From Actinomycetota bacterium (GTDB lineage Bacteria > Actinomycetota > UBA4738 > HRBIN12), in assembly GCA_035512775.1 (NCBI GenBank), contig DATKDI010000001.1, positions 3,776 through 67,775 on the forward strand: a stretch of DNA of 64,000 nt, given 5' to 3'. A program made the position numbers and the translations under genes. This document shows positions 20,906 to 31,923 of the stretch, piece by piece. The notes beneath the pieces were generated by a model. It was not told where the DNA came from. It did no database searches and worked only from the letters and a program-made list of their open reading frames with translations. The stretch's first letter is position 1. Each line of letters begins with the position of its first letter.

Positions 20906-22188
20906 CAGGACTTCTTTCCCGGGGGGCTACCGCTCGCAAGCTCGCTCCTTGAGCCCCTTCCCGTCGGGCTACCGCTCGCAAGCTCGCTCCGTGAGCCCCT
21001 TCCCATCGGGCTACCGCTCGCAAGCTCGCTGCTTGAGCCCGCCCAACCCCCCGCCTCGATGAGGCTCCGGAACTCTTGGAACAAGCCCTGGGCGTCGTGC
21101 GGCCCCGGCGCCGCCTCCGGGTGGTACTGGACGGAGAGGGCGGGGACGTCGAGGCAGCGGAGACCCTCCAACGTGTCGTCGTTGAGGTTGCGGTGACTCA
21201 TCTCCACGCGGCCGAACGCGGTACGGACCGCTCCGTCCGGACCGCGTTCCCACCCGGCGGGATCGACCGCGAACCCGTGGTTGTGACTGGTGATGTGCAC
21301 CTCGCCCGTCCGCGTGTCCCATACCGGCTGGTTCACGCCCCGGTGACCGAAGGGCATCTTGTAGGTCCGGCCGCCGAGCGCGAGGCCCAGCAGCTGGTGC
21401 CCGAGGCAGATGCCGAAGAGCGGGATCCGTCCGAGCAGCCCTGCGGTCGCGGCGACCCCGTAAGCGGTCGCCGCCGGGTCGCCCGGTCCGTTGGACAGGA
21501 GCACCCCGTCGAAGCCGCCGGCCGCGACGTCGGCGGGCGGCGTCTCCGCCGGGACAACGGTGGCGTCGAATCCGGTCGCCGCTGCCATGCGCAGGATGTT
21601 CCGCTTGACCCCGAAGTCGTAGACGGCGATCCGCAGTGCCCGGCCACGTGAGGTGTCCGCGGGTCCCACCACCGCGCTCGCCTGATACGGCTCCCCCGTC
21701 GTGACCGTCCGCGCCAGGTCGGCACCGGCCATGCCCTGGGTCTGCCGGATCCGGTCGACCAGGGACGACGGTTCGAGGTCCGTCGTGGAGATCGCGGCCC
21801 GCATCGCCCCGGCGTCGCGGATCCGCAAGGTGAGCTTCCGCGTGTCGATCCCCTCGATCCCGATCACCCCGGCCGCCAGGAGAGCCTCGCCGAGGGTGCT
21901 CTCCGCTTTCGGACCCGACGCTCGCCGGGACGCCTCGCGGACCGCGAAGCCGGAAACGTGGATGCCTCCGCTCTCTGCGTCACCGGCATGCATGCCGTAG
22001 TTGCCCTGCTGGGGAGCGGTCATGGTCACGATCTGACCGGCGTACGACGGGTCGGTGAGGACCTCTTGGTAGCCGCCCATGCCGGTGTTGAAGACGGCCT
22101 CGCCGAACGCCTCTCCCTGTGCTCCGAGGCCCGAACCTCGGAAGGCGGTCCCGTCCTCCAGGGCGAGCAGCGTGGGCGGCTCGCTCAC
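20905..22188 (-). CDS. carA: carbamoyl-phosphate synthase small subunit, with repeat-encoded C-terminal tail
   Basis: CPSase small N-domain plus class I glutaminase (GICLGHQLL, catalytic Cys-His); ~45-aa tail [14 protein letters not shown] x3. Confidence 0.9.
   Translation of the reverse strand: MSEPPTLLALEDGTAFRGSGLGAQGEAFGEAVFNTGMGGYQEVLTDPSYAGQIVTMTAPQQGNYGMHAGDAESGGIHVSGFAVREASRRASGPKAESTLGEALLAAGVIGIEGIDTRKLTLRIRDAGAMRAAISTTDLEPSSLVDRIRQTQGMAGADLARTVTTGEPYQASAVVGPADTSRGRALRIAVYDFGVKRNILRMAAATGFDATVVPAETPPADVAAGGFDGVLLSNGPGDPAATAYGVAATAGLLGRIPLFGICLGHQLLGLALGGRTYKMPFGHRGVNQPVWDTRTGEVHITSHNHGFAVDPAGWERGPDGAVRTAFGRVEMSHRNLNDDTLEGLRCLDVPALSVQYHPEAAPGPHDAQGLFQEFRSLIEAGGWAGSSSELASGSPMGRGSRSELASGSPTGRGSRSELASGSPPGKKS
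20924..21045. repeat. 42-bp tandem repeat, about 2.9 copies, in-frame in the carA 3' end
   Basis: GGGCTACCGCTCGCAAGCTCGCTCCTTGAGCCCCTTCCCGTC repeated with 2 mismatches between copies 1 and 2; copy 3 diverges. Confidence 0.75.
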
Positions 22189-23481
22189 CGCGTGGCCTTC
22201 CCCTCCGAAACCATCAGGACCCCGTGCCGCACCGTGTGCCGGACCCGCCCGACCAGCTCTCGCCCGGTGAAGGCGCTGTTCCGCGACCTGGACACGAACG
22301 GCGGCTCGACCGTCCAGCGCTCCTCGGGGTCGAAGAGCACGAGGTTGGCGGGCCGTCCCGCCGCGATCGGGCCGCCATGGTCCCTCGCACCGATGAGGCG
22401 CGCCGGGGCTGAGGACAACGCTTCGAGCACCCGTGAGAGGCTGAGCAGGCCGGGGGCGACGAGCTCCGTCAACGCCGCCGCAAGCGCGGTCTCGAGCCCG
22501 ATCGTGCCGTGGGGAGCGCGATCGAACTCTGCCTCCTTCTCCTCCACCGCATGCGGCGCATGGTCGGTGGCGATCGCATCGATCGTGCCGTCTGCGAGCC
22601 CCTCTCGGAGGGCATCCCGATCCTCCGCCGAACGGAGCGGGGGACTCACCTTGAGGTTCGTGTCGTAGGTGCGGAGGTCCTCGTCGGTGAACACGAGGTG
22701 ATGCGGCGTCACCTCCGCCGAGACCCGGAGGCCGTCGGCTTTCGCACGGCGCACCAGCTCCACCGATCGTGCGGAGGAGAGGTGGCAGATGTGCAGTCGT
22801 CCGCCGGTGAGGCGGGCCATCTCGATGTCGCGGAAGACGATCGCGTCCTCTGCGGCGGCCGGCTGCGCGGCCAGCCCCAGGGAGTAGGAGCTGATCCCCT
22901 CGTGCATCTGCTGGCCCGTCGAGAGCGAGGCGTCCTCGCAGTGATCCGCGAGGACCACGTCGTCGAACGCCCGGGCGTAGGTGAGCGCGTTCCGGAGCGT
23001 CCGCGCCGTGGGGACGCAGCGACCGTCGTCGCTGAACAGTCGGACGCCCGCCTCGACCATCTCGCCGATCTCGGCGAGGACCTCGCCTTCGAGACCCTTG
23101 GTGATCGCCCCGACCGGGAAGACGTCGGCGAGATCCGCGCGGGCGGCCGCGGCCCGGACCTCGGCGATCACGGATGCGTCATCGGCGACGGGGTCCGTGT
23201 TGGCCATCGGCGAGACCGCTGTGTAGCCACCGACCGCGGCCGCCCTCGTGCCGGTCTCGATGGTCTCCTTCTGCTCGAAGCCGGGCTCCCGGAGATGCGT
23301 GTGCATGTCCACCAGTCCCGGTGCGAGGACGAACCCGTCAGCATCGACGATCTCCGCCGACGCCGCGTCGAGACCTCGGCCGACGTCGGCGACGACCCCG
23401 TCTCGCACGTGGACGTCCGCCACCTCGTCACGACCCGCCGCCGGATCCACGACACGGGCTCCCCGGAAGAGCAATCCCTGG

Positions 23482-23489
<8 letters not shown>
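22185..23489 (-). CDS. pyrC: dihydroorotase
   Basis: [10 protein letters not shown]...metal-binding His/Asp pattern; sits between pyrB and carA. Confidence 0.9.
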
Positions 23490-25103
<1,614 letters not shown>

Positions 25104-25206
25104 TCACAGGATACCCCGGCAGCGGCGGCCGAGCAACGAGGGAGCGCCGGTCGGTCACGGGGCCCGGCGTACACTATGGACATCGGACGGACAAGGAGCG
25201 TTGGAG

Positions 25207-25452
25207 ATGCCTGATTGGGGATGGATCGTACTCGCGGTGGCCGTCGTCTTCGGCGCCAGCAAGTTGCCCGACATCGCGCGGAACCTCGGCCGATCGTCGG
25301 GCGAGTTCAAGAAGGGTCTCAAAGAGGGCAACGAGGTCGCCGACGACATGGAGACGGAGGAGCCGCCCGCCTCGGGCGCGGGACCAGCCCCCGCCGCGCC
25401 GCCGCCCGGGCTCGCTTCGGACGGTGACGAGCGCCGGGAAACGACCCTCTAG
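25207..25452 (+). CDS. tatA: twin-arginine translocase subunit TatA/E
   Basis: MPDWGWIVLAVAVVFGASKLPDIARNLGRSSGEFKKGLKE TatA transmembrane plus amphipathic helix signature; 81 aa; plus strand. Confidence 0.85.
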   Translation: MPDWGWIVLAVAVVFGASKLPDIARNLGRSSGEFKKGLKEGNEVADDMETEEPPASGAGPAPAAPPPGLASDGDERRETTL

Positions 25453-25874
25453 CCCCTGCCCGGATCCTCGGCCGCCGCGGGCCGCAGCTCACTCGCGATC
25501 TTCCCGAGGATCCCGTTCACGAACCTCGGCGCTCCCTCCGCGGACAGGTCTGTCGCCGCCTCCACCGCCTCACTGATGGCCACGGACGGGGGGATGTCGG
25601 GGCGGTGACAGAGCTCGTGCACGGCGACGCGCAGGATCGTCCGATCGAGCGCCGCCATGCGCGACACCGTCCATCCCTCCGAGTGCTCCTCGAGGAGCAG
25701 ATCGATCTCCGGGAGATGCTCGTCCACGCCATCGACGAGCTCGGCGGTGAACGGCGAGAGGAGACGGCCGGCGTCGATCCACTCCGCGAGCACCACGGTG
25801 GGGTCCGCGTCGGTGACGTCCGACTGGTAGAGGATGTCGATCGCGTGCCGGCGAGCGTCGCGCCGCGACGTCAC
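25449..25874 (-). CDS. nusB: transcription antitermination factor NusB
   Basis: RRDARRHAIDILYQSD...NusB fold; efp-nusB order. Confidence 0.9.
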   Translation of the reverse strand: MTSRRDARRHAIDILYQSDVTDADPTVVLAEWIDAGRLLSPFTAELVDGVDEHLPEIDLLLEEHSEGWTVSRMAALDRTILRVAVHELCHRPDIPPSVAISEAVEAATDLSAEGAPRFVNGILGKIASELRPAAAEDPGRG

Positions 25875-26437
25875 GCCTTCACGCGCTCGATGTACTCGCC
25901 CGAGCGCGTGTCCACCTTGACCCGATCGCCTTCCTCGACGAACAGTGGAACCTGCACCACGACACCGGTCTCGAGCGTCGCCGGCTTGAGCGCGTTCGTG
26001 CGTGTGTCGCCCTTGGCAGCCGGATCCGTGTTGGTCACGGCGAGCACCATCGACGCGGGGAGGTCGACCGAGATCGGGACGCCCTGATGGGTGGCGATGG
26101 TGGCCTGACCACCTTCGGTGACGTAGCGACCCGCCTCACCCACCACGGTGCCGGGGACGTGCACCTGCTCGTAGCTCTGGAGATCCATGAAGACCAGATC
26201 GGGGCCGTCCGCGTAGAGGTATTGCATCTCCTTGCGCTCGACGATCGCGAGCCCCACCTTGACGCCGGCGTTGAACGTCTTGTCCGCCACCGCGCCCGTC
26301 TTCACGTTGCGGAGCTTGGTGCGGACGAAGGCGCCACCCTTCCCGGGCTTCACGTGCTGGAACTCGACGACCTGGAACAGGGTGCCGTCGAGCTCCAGGG
26401 TCATCCCGTTCTTGAGGTCATTGGTAGAGACGCTCAT
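25871..26437 (-). CDS. efp: elongation factor P
   Basis: NDLKNGMTLELDGTLFQVVEFQHVKPGKGGAFVRTKLRNVKTG near-canonical EF-P N-terminus. Confidence 0.95.
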   Translation of the reverse strand: MSVSTNDLKNGMTLELDGTLFQVVEFQHVKPGKGGAFVRTKLRNVKTGAVADKTFNAGVKVGLAIVERKEMQYLYADGPDLVFMDLQSYEQVHVPGTVVGEAGRYVTEGGQATIATHQGVPISVDLPASMVLAVTNTDPAAKGDTRTNALKPATLETGVVVQVPLFVEEGDRVKVDTRSGEYIERVKA

Positions 26438-26444
26438 CCCATCG

Positions 26445-27518
26445 CTACAGCTCGATCAGCTCTCGCGTGGAGACGCCGAGTACGCTCGGCCCCTCCTCCG
26501 TGACCTCGACGGCATCCTCGATCCGTACCCCGCCCATGCCGGGGAGGTAGATACCCGGCTCGACGGTGACCACCGCGCCCACCGGAAGGACGTCCTCACC
26601 ATCGCGACGGAGCGAGGGGCCTTCGTGGATCTCGAGACCGACGCCGTGACCGAGGCCGTGCGTGAAGCGGTCCCCGTACCCGGCGTCGTCGATCACGCGT
26701 CGAGCCGCCCGGTCCACGTCACCGCCGGAGACGCCCGGGCGGAGCGCGTCGATCCCCGCCTGCTGGGCCGCGGCCACGAGGTCGTGCACCTTGCGGAGTT
26801 CCGACACCGGCTCGCCGAAGGCCACCGTCCGCGTCATGTCGGCGTGATACCCGCCGACAAGCGCACCGAAGTCCATCTTGATCACGTCGCCTTCTGAGAG
26901 CGCGCGATGACACGGCTGGTGGTGCGGTTCGGCTGCGTGCTCACCGAAGGCGACGATCGGATCGAACGATAGAGCGTCGGCCCCGTGTCTCGCCATGGCC
27001 AGCTCGAGCTGCGCGCCCGCCTGCCTCTCCGTGATCCCGACGACGAGCAGATCGAGGATGTCCTCGAAGGCCCCGTCGGTGGCCTCTTGCGCCGACCGGA
27101 GCAGCGCGATCTCTTCGGCGTCCTTGGCCCACCGCAGTCGCTCAACCTCCTCGTCGATCCCCCTCAGCTCTACCCCGTCGAAAGCCTCCTGCCATCGCTC
27201 GAGCTGCGCCACGGTGACCGCATGCCGTTCGAAGCCGAGCCGGCCGACCCCGAGGCGCTGGATGTGGTCCAGGACGGCCCCCGCGGGATCCTCCATCGAG
27301 GCCACTCGGTCCAGGTCGGGCACCTCGCGCCGGGCCTGCTCCCCGTATCGACCGTCCGTGATGAACACCGACTCCGCAGGGCTGAGGAGCGCCGTCGCCC
27401 ACGAGCCGGTGAACCCCGTGAGGTAGCGGACGTTCGCGAGCTTCGTCACGAGGAACGCGTCGACGTCGAGCTCCGCACAGCGCTGGGTCAGCAGGTTCCT
27501 TCTCGTCACGTGATCCAC
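26445..27518 (-). CDS. Xaa-Pro aminopeptidase (M24 family)
   Basis: M24 metal ligands ...HGLGHGVGLEIHEGP...; creatinase-like N-domain. Confidence 0.85.
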   Translation of the reverse strand: MDHVTRRNLLTQRCAELDVDAFLVTKLANVRYLTGFTGSWATALLSPAESVFITDGRYGEQARREVPDLDRVASMEDPAGAVLDHIQRLGVGRLGFERHAVTVAQLERWQEAFDGVELRGIDEEVERLRWAKDAEEIALLRSAQEATDGAFEDILDLLVVGITERQAGAQLELAMARHGADALSFDPIVAFGEHAAEPHHQPCHRALSEGDVIKMDFGALVGGYHADMTRTVAFGEPVSELRKVHDLVAAAQQAGIDALRPGVSGGDVDRAARRVIDDAGYGDRFTHGLGHGVGLEIHEGPSLRRDGEDVLPVGAVVTVEPGIYLPGMGGVRIEDAVEVTEEGPSVLGVSTRELIEL

Positions 27519-27937
27519 GGCATCGCCTCCAGAGCGAGATGATAGCCACCGGCCCCGAGGCCGATGATGGACGCGCGGCAGACGTCGCTCACCACGGATC
27601 GGTGACGGAAGTCCTCGCGCGCCTGGGTGTTGGACATGTGCACCTCGATCACGGGGAGGCCGCTGGCCTCGACCGCATCGCGGAGTGCGTAGGAGTAGTG
27701 CGTCAGCGCGCCCGGATTGATCACGATCGCGCCGACACCCTCAGCGGCAGCGCCGAGCAGCCAGCCCACCAGATCTCCCTCGTGATCGGACTGCCGCCAG
27801 GCGACCTCGTGGCCCAGGCCCGCGCCGCGCTCCCCCACGGAGCCCATGATGTCCTCCAGGCTCTCGGAGCCGTACAGGGACTGATCTCGGCGTCCGAGGG
27901 CTCCGAGGTTCGGACCGAACAGGAACAGCACCTTCAT
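27506..27937 (-). CDS. aroQ: 3-dehydroquinate dehydratase, type II
   Basis: MKVLFLFGPNLG...VINPGALTHYSYALRDAV...IEVHMSNTQAREDFRHRSV type II DHQase signatures; the track ORF is a fusion artifact, trimmed to the Met. Confidence 0.9.
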   Translation of the reverse strand: MKVLFLFGPNLGALGRRDQSLYGSESLEDIMGSVGERGAGLGHEVAWRQSDHEGDLVGWLLGAAAEGVGAIVINPGALTHYSYALRDAVEASGLPVIEVHMSNTQAREDFRHRSVVSDVCRASIIGLGAGGYHLALEAMPWIT

Positions 27938-29010
27938 GCTGGGGCTCCCATCTCGTGCAGGACGGATCGCACCTCCTCGTCCGACACATCGTCCACGACG
28001 ACGGGACGGCCGACTTCTTCCAGGAGCACGAATCTCACTCCACCCCGATATTTCTTGTCCAGGCGGAGGCATCGCCGCACGTCCTCCGCGGGCGGCAGGG
28101 TCCCGTCGGGGTCCAGTCCGAGGGATCGAAGCAGCCGGATCGTTCGCGCCGAGAGACCCGGCGCGAGACCTCGCGACTCCGCCAGGGACGCTGCGAAGAC
28201 CATCCCCAGAGCGACCGCCTCTCCGTGGGTCCGGCCCCGGAACGCGTCCAGCCTCTCCAACGCGTGGCCGAGCGTGTGGCCGTAGTTGAGGACCAGCCGG
28301 GCGCTCGCGTCCCGTTCGTCCTCCGCGACGATCCGTGCCTTGGCCGCGACGCACCGGGCGACCACGTCCTCCATCACGACCGTGTCGCGGGCGACGACCG
28401 GACCGGGATCGCTCTCCAGGAGTGCGAGGAGCTTCTCGTCGAGCGTGAGCGCGTACTTCGCCACCTCGGCCAGCCCGGATCGGTAGTCCCGCTCGGCGAG
28501 GGTCGCGAGGACGTCGATGTCGGCGAGAACGGCGAGCGGCTGCGCGAACGTTCCGACGAGGTTCTTCCCCTCCGGCAGGTTCACCGCCGACTTGCCCCCG
28601 ATCGCCGCGTCCACCTGCGCGGTCAGCGTCGTGGGGATCTGGATGAACGGGATCCCTCGCATGTACGTGGAAGCCACGAAGCCCGCCAGGTCCCCCACGG
28701 CGCCACCGCCCAGCGCGAGGATCACGTCGTCTCGATGTGCCTCGCGTCCCGCCAGCTGCCGCAGGAGGCTCTCGTAGCCCTTGAGAGACTTCGCCACCTC
28801 TCCCGACGGGACGAGGAGGAGCACCGAAGCGAGACCGCGATCCTCGATCGCCTTCGCGAGCGGCTCGTGATGGAGATCCGAGACCGCCCGATCCGACACG
28901 ACGAACGCCGTCGTCGCTCCCGGCAGATCGGGCAGGTACTCGTGCGCGTCTCCGATGATCCCCGGCCCGATCGTCACCTCGTAGGGATGTCCCGGCACCG
29001 GGACGGTCAC
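27934..29010 (-). CDS. aroB: 3-dehydroquinate synthase
   Basis: LALGGGAVGDLAGFVAS...GLAEVAKYAL...HTLGHALE DHQS motifs; GTG start forms a GTGA overlap with the aroK stop. Confidence 0.9.
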   Translation of the reverse strand: MTVPVPGHPYEVTIGPGIIGDAHEYLPDLPGATTAFVVSDRAVSDLHHEPLAKAIEDRGLASVLLLVPSGEVAKSLKGYESLLRQLAGREAHRDDVILALGGGAVGDLAGFVASTYMRGIPFIQIPTTLTAQVDAAIGGKSAVNLPEGKNLVGTFAQPLAVLADIDVLATLAERDYRSGLAEVAKYALTLDEKLLALLESDPGPVVARDTVVMEDVVARCVAAKARIVAEDERDASARLVLNYGHTLGHALERLDAFRGRTHGEAVALGMVFAASLAESRGLAPGLSARTIRLLRSLGLDPDGTLPPAEDVRRCLRLDKKYRGGVRFVLLEEVGRPVVVDDVSDEEVRSVLHEMGAPA

Positions 29011-29504
29011 ACGGACCAACGGAGCTCCTCGACGATCGCGTCCGCCACGGTTGCCGGATCGCCGCTCGCATCGACCACATGGGCGGCGAACTCGCGATAC
29101 AGAGGTCCCCGCGAGGCGAGCAGACGTTCGAGGTCTCCTTCCTGCCTGATCAACGGCCGATCCTTCGCGGGCTCCACGCGGCGGCGCAGCTCTTCGAGCG
29201 GCACGTCCAGGTACACCGCCACGCCTGTGTTCCGCAGCGTGATCCGGTTGGCGGGTTCGAGCACCACGCCGCCACCGCACGCGACCACGGCCGGGTCCTG
29301 CATCGACGCCTTCACGAGGGCCGCGGCCTCCAGCGCTCGGAAGGCGGCCTCACCCTCGTCCCGGAAGATGTCGGTGACCGCCGCCCCCGCCGCCCGCTCG
29401 ATCTCCGAATCGAGGTCCACGAATGGAACGCCGAGGCGCCCCGCAAGCTCTCGGCCCACGGTGGACTTGCCGGCCCCCGGCATACCCACGAGATAGACGA
29501 TCAC
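29007..29504 (-). CDS. aroK: shikimate kinase
   Basis: [31 protein letters not shown]-loop shikimate kinase; GTG start forms a GTGA overlap with the aroC stop. Confidence 0.85.
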   Translation of the reverse strand: MIVYLVGMPGAGKSTVGRELAGRLGVPFVDLDSEIERAAGAAVTDIFRDEGEAAFRALEAAALVKASMQDPAVVACGGGVVLEPANRITLRNTGVAVYLDVPLEELRRRVEPAKDRPLIRQEGDLERLLASRGPLYREFAAHVVDASGDPATVADAIVEELRWSV

Positions 29505-30655
29505 GGCAGCGCCCCCACGAACGCGTCCAGGTTGCGCCGTGTCTCCGGGAGCGAGTCTCCCCCGAACTTCTCCATGAGCGCGTTCGCGAGCTCGAACGCC
29601 ACGACCGCTTCGCCGACCACGCCCCCGGCGGGCACCGCGCAGACGTCGGTCCGCTGCTTGATCGCGACGGCGTCCTGGCCCGTCGCCAGGTCGACGGTCG
29701 CGAGCGCCTTCGGCAGGCTCGAGAAGGGCTTCATCGCGGCCCGGACGCGGATCGGCTGCCCGGTGCTCATCCCTCCCTCGATCCCTCCCGCGCGCGCCGT
29801 CGCCCGGGCGATCCGGCCTTCGCGCCGCACGATCTCGTCGTGCGCAGTCGAGCCGTACCGTGCGGCCGACGCGAATCCATCGCCGATCCCGACGCCCTTG
29901 ACCGACTGGATACTCATCAACCCGAGTGCGAGGCGCGCGTCGAGCTTCCGGTCGTAGTGCACGTGCGAGCCGAGTCCAGGCGGGCACCCGTAGGCGATCA
30001 CCTCGAACTCGCCCCCCACCGTGTCCCTCGCCTTCCGGACCCGGTCGATCTCGGCGACCATCTTCTCCGCCGCGGCATCGTCGAAGCAGCGCACCGGCGA
30101 GGCGTCCACGGCGTCCAGGTCCTCCGGTGCCGGCAGGCGGCCGGATGCGCGCGCGGTCACCTTCCCGATGCGGACGACGTGCGAGACGATCCGGATCTCC
30201 AGCTCCGCGAGGAAGGCCTTGCAGACGGCGCCGATCGCCACCCGGGCCGCCGTCTCACGCGCGCTCGCACGCTCCAAGACGTTGCGGACATCGTCGAACC
30301 CGTACTTCATCGCTCCCGCGAGGTCGGCATGACCGGGGCGTGGCCTCGTGAGCCGGTCGGCCGGATCGTCCTGCCCCTCCACGGCCATGAGGTCCCGGTA
30401 CTTCGTCTCCCACTCGTTGTTGGGGATCGTGATCGCGATCGGCGAACCGAGGGTCCTTCCGTGACGGACGCCGCTCAGGATGTCGACGGCATCGGTCTCC
30501 AGGCGTTGCCGCCCACCGCGTCCGTGCCCGTGGCGACGCCGAGCGAGCTCCGCCGCGATCTCCTTGGATGCCACGGGCACGGCCGCCGGCATGCCTTCGA
30601 GGATGGCCGCCAGCGCCTTCCCGTGAGACTCCCCGGCGGTGAGCATCCTGAGCAC
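29501..30655 (-). CDS. aroC: chorismate synthase
   Basis: [24 protein letters not shown]...GGRSSARETA-like core; canonical chorismate synthase. Confidence 0.95.
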   Translation of the reverse strand: MLRMLTAGESHGKALAAILEGMPAAVPVASKEIAAELARRRHGHGRGGRQRLETDAVDILSGVRHGRTLGSPIAITIPNNEWETKYRDLMAVEGQDDPADRLTRPRPGHADLAGAMKYGFDDVRNVLERASARETAARVAIGAVCKAFLAELEIRIVSHVVRIGKVTARASGRLPAPEDLDAVDASPVRCFDDAAAEKMVAEIDRVRKARDTVGGEFEVIAYGCPPGLGSHVHYDRKLDARLALGLMSIQSVKGVGIGDGFASAARYGSTAHDEIVRREGRIARATARAGGIEGGMSTGQPIRVRAAMKPFSSLPKALATVDLATGQDAVAIKQRTDVCAVPAGGVVGEAVVAFELANALMEKFGGDSLPETRRNLDAFVGALP

Positions 30656-30698
30656 GGAAGCATCGTATCGGACCCCATCACGCCGACCTGAGGGTGCG

Positions 30699-30758
30699 GG
30701 GGCGGCGCAAGCGCCGCCCCCGCGACCGGCGACCGCTCCCCCCGTGGGCGGGTCGCCG
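30699..30758 (-). terminator. two GC-rich stem-loops between the pilus operon end and aroC (U-tract-less terminator or aroC attenuator)
   Basis: perfect 10-bp inverted repeat GGGGCGGCGC-AA-GCGCCGCCCC (30699-30720) and CGGCGACC...GGTCGCCG (30726-30758). Confidence 0.35.
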
Positions 30759-30760
30759 GG

Positions 30761-31333
30761 CTATTTCTGCGCGTTGATGCAGAGGGTGAACTGCTCGTCC
30801 CCGAAGAGGAACGTCGCGCAGTTCCCTCCCACCGAGCGCAGCTCGAACCTGCCGCCCGCGAACTGCTCCCCGACGACCACGTCGTAGACCGTGCCGTCGA
30901 CCTCCACCTGGACGTGGGTCGCACCGTCGCGCTCGAAGATGTCGAGCAGGACGACCGTGGACCCGCCGACGTTCCGACTCGACCCACCACCCGGCGCCGT
31001 CGGGGAGGGCGTCTGCGTGCCGCCGCCGCCGTTCGACGGCGAAGGGGTCCCGTTCCCGTTGCCGCCGCCACCACCAGGAACCGTCGGTGACGGGGACGGC
31101 GACAGGAAGGGCGGGACGGAGAAGGGGTCCCGCCCGGTGAAGCTCTGGATCGGAGGGCCGGCGCCCCCGGGTGAGGGACTGGGCGACTCGGCACCGGGCG
31201 TCGTCGGAGGGATCGGCGGGAAGGCCTCTTCGCCCCCTCCGAGGACGGAGAACAGCACGAAACCCGCCAGCAGCACGCCGACGACGACGCCGCCGATGGT
31301 CACTGTTCGTCGATCTCGTTCAGATAGCGCCAT
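30761..31333 (-). CDS. membrane-anchored hypothetical protein at the end of the pilMNO operon (possible PilP analog)
   Basis: N-terminal TM VVVGVLLAGFVLFSVL, Pro/Gly/Ser-rich linker, ~70-aa C-terminal domain; 2-nt gap to pilO. Confidence 0.5.
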   Translation of the reverse strand: MALSERDRRTVTIGGVVVGVLLAGFVLFSVLGGGEEAFPPIPPTTPGAESPSPSPGGAGPPIQSFTGRDPFSVPPFLSPSPSPTVPGGGGGNGNGTPSPSNGGGGTQTPSPTAPGGGSSRNVGGSTVVLLDIFERDGATHVQVEVDGTVYDVVVGEQFAGGRFELRSVGGNCATFLFGDEQFTLCINAQK

Positions 31334-31335
31334 CG

Positions 31336-31923
31336 TTATGCCCCCGGGATCGCACCCTGCTCGGTCGGGCCGGGCTCGGAGCCCGGTCCCGAGCTGACGT
31401 CGCTCGTGTACAGCGTGATCGTGGCGGCGAACGAGAGCGCCGCCCCCTCGATCGGGCTCAGATCCATCGACTGGACGGTCGCGGCGCGAGGGAGCGTTTC
31501 GATCTCGTGGAGGTACTTCACGAGCGCGAAATACGAGCCCTCGCCGCTGGCAGAGATGGAGATGCTCGAGAAAGGCGCCGTTACCGACGTGGCGGGTGTG
31601 GCCGGCGTGAGGCTCAGCACCGTCACGCCGGAGACCGACGCGGCGTTCCGGAGGAAGAGGATCGCGCCCGGGAGATCGGCCGTGGGCGGCACCTTCCCGT
31701 CGACCTCCCGGATGGCTGCCTCGTTCTCGGGCGCCTCGTCGCGCGCCTGCTCCAGCGCGTTCAGTTGCGCGCTCAACGTCTGCTGTTGCGCACGCGTGTC
31801 CTCGAGCTCTTCTCTCGCCTGGGCGACCTCATTCATCTTGGGAAGCACGAGGAAGAAGACCAGCAGCAACCCGAGGATCGCGGCTCCCGCGCCGGCGACG
31901 ATCACGGCTCGCCTACCCTGCAT
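31336..31923 (-). CDS. pilO: type IV pilus assembly protein PilO-like
   Basis: single N-terminal TM, coiled-coil (ELEDTRAQQQTLSAQLNALEQAR), periplasmic domain; position after pilN. Confidence 0.7.
   Translation of the reverse strand: MQGRRAVIVAGAGAAILGLLLVFFLVLPKMNEVAQAREELEDTRAQQQTLSAQLNALEQARDEAPENEAAIREVDGKVPPTADLPGAILFLRNAASVSGVTVLSLTPATPATSVTAPFSSISISASGEGSYFALVKYLHEIETLPRAATVQSMDLSPIEGAALSFAATITLYTSDVSSGPGSEPGPTEQGAIPGA

Noticed and set aside
17549-21196. 1215-codon plus-strand ORF. Similar very long plus-strand ORFs are 2075-5110 (1011 aa), 8585-11218 (877 aa), 12676-14658 (660 aa), 6809-8407, 15897-17654, 34487-36061, 55995-59661 and 62205-63947.
   Set aside because: All lie antisense to well-supported conserved genes (carB, rib operon, priA, coaBC/rpoZ/gmk, rsmB and others). 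Their translations are low-complexity, Arg/Ala/Pro/Gly-rich, with no recognisable domains. They are a typical stop-codon-poor antisense artefact of ~70% GC DNA.
27506-29080. 524-aa minus-strand ORF suggesting a single large protein spanning aroQ and aroB
   Set aside because: Only the last 143 codons (MKVLFLFGPNLG...) are type II dehydroquinase. The upstream part is an out-of-frame read-through of aroB antisense or alternate frame with Arg/Gly-rich nonsense. aroB is cleanly encoded in another frame (27934-29010).
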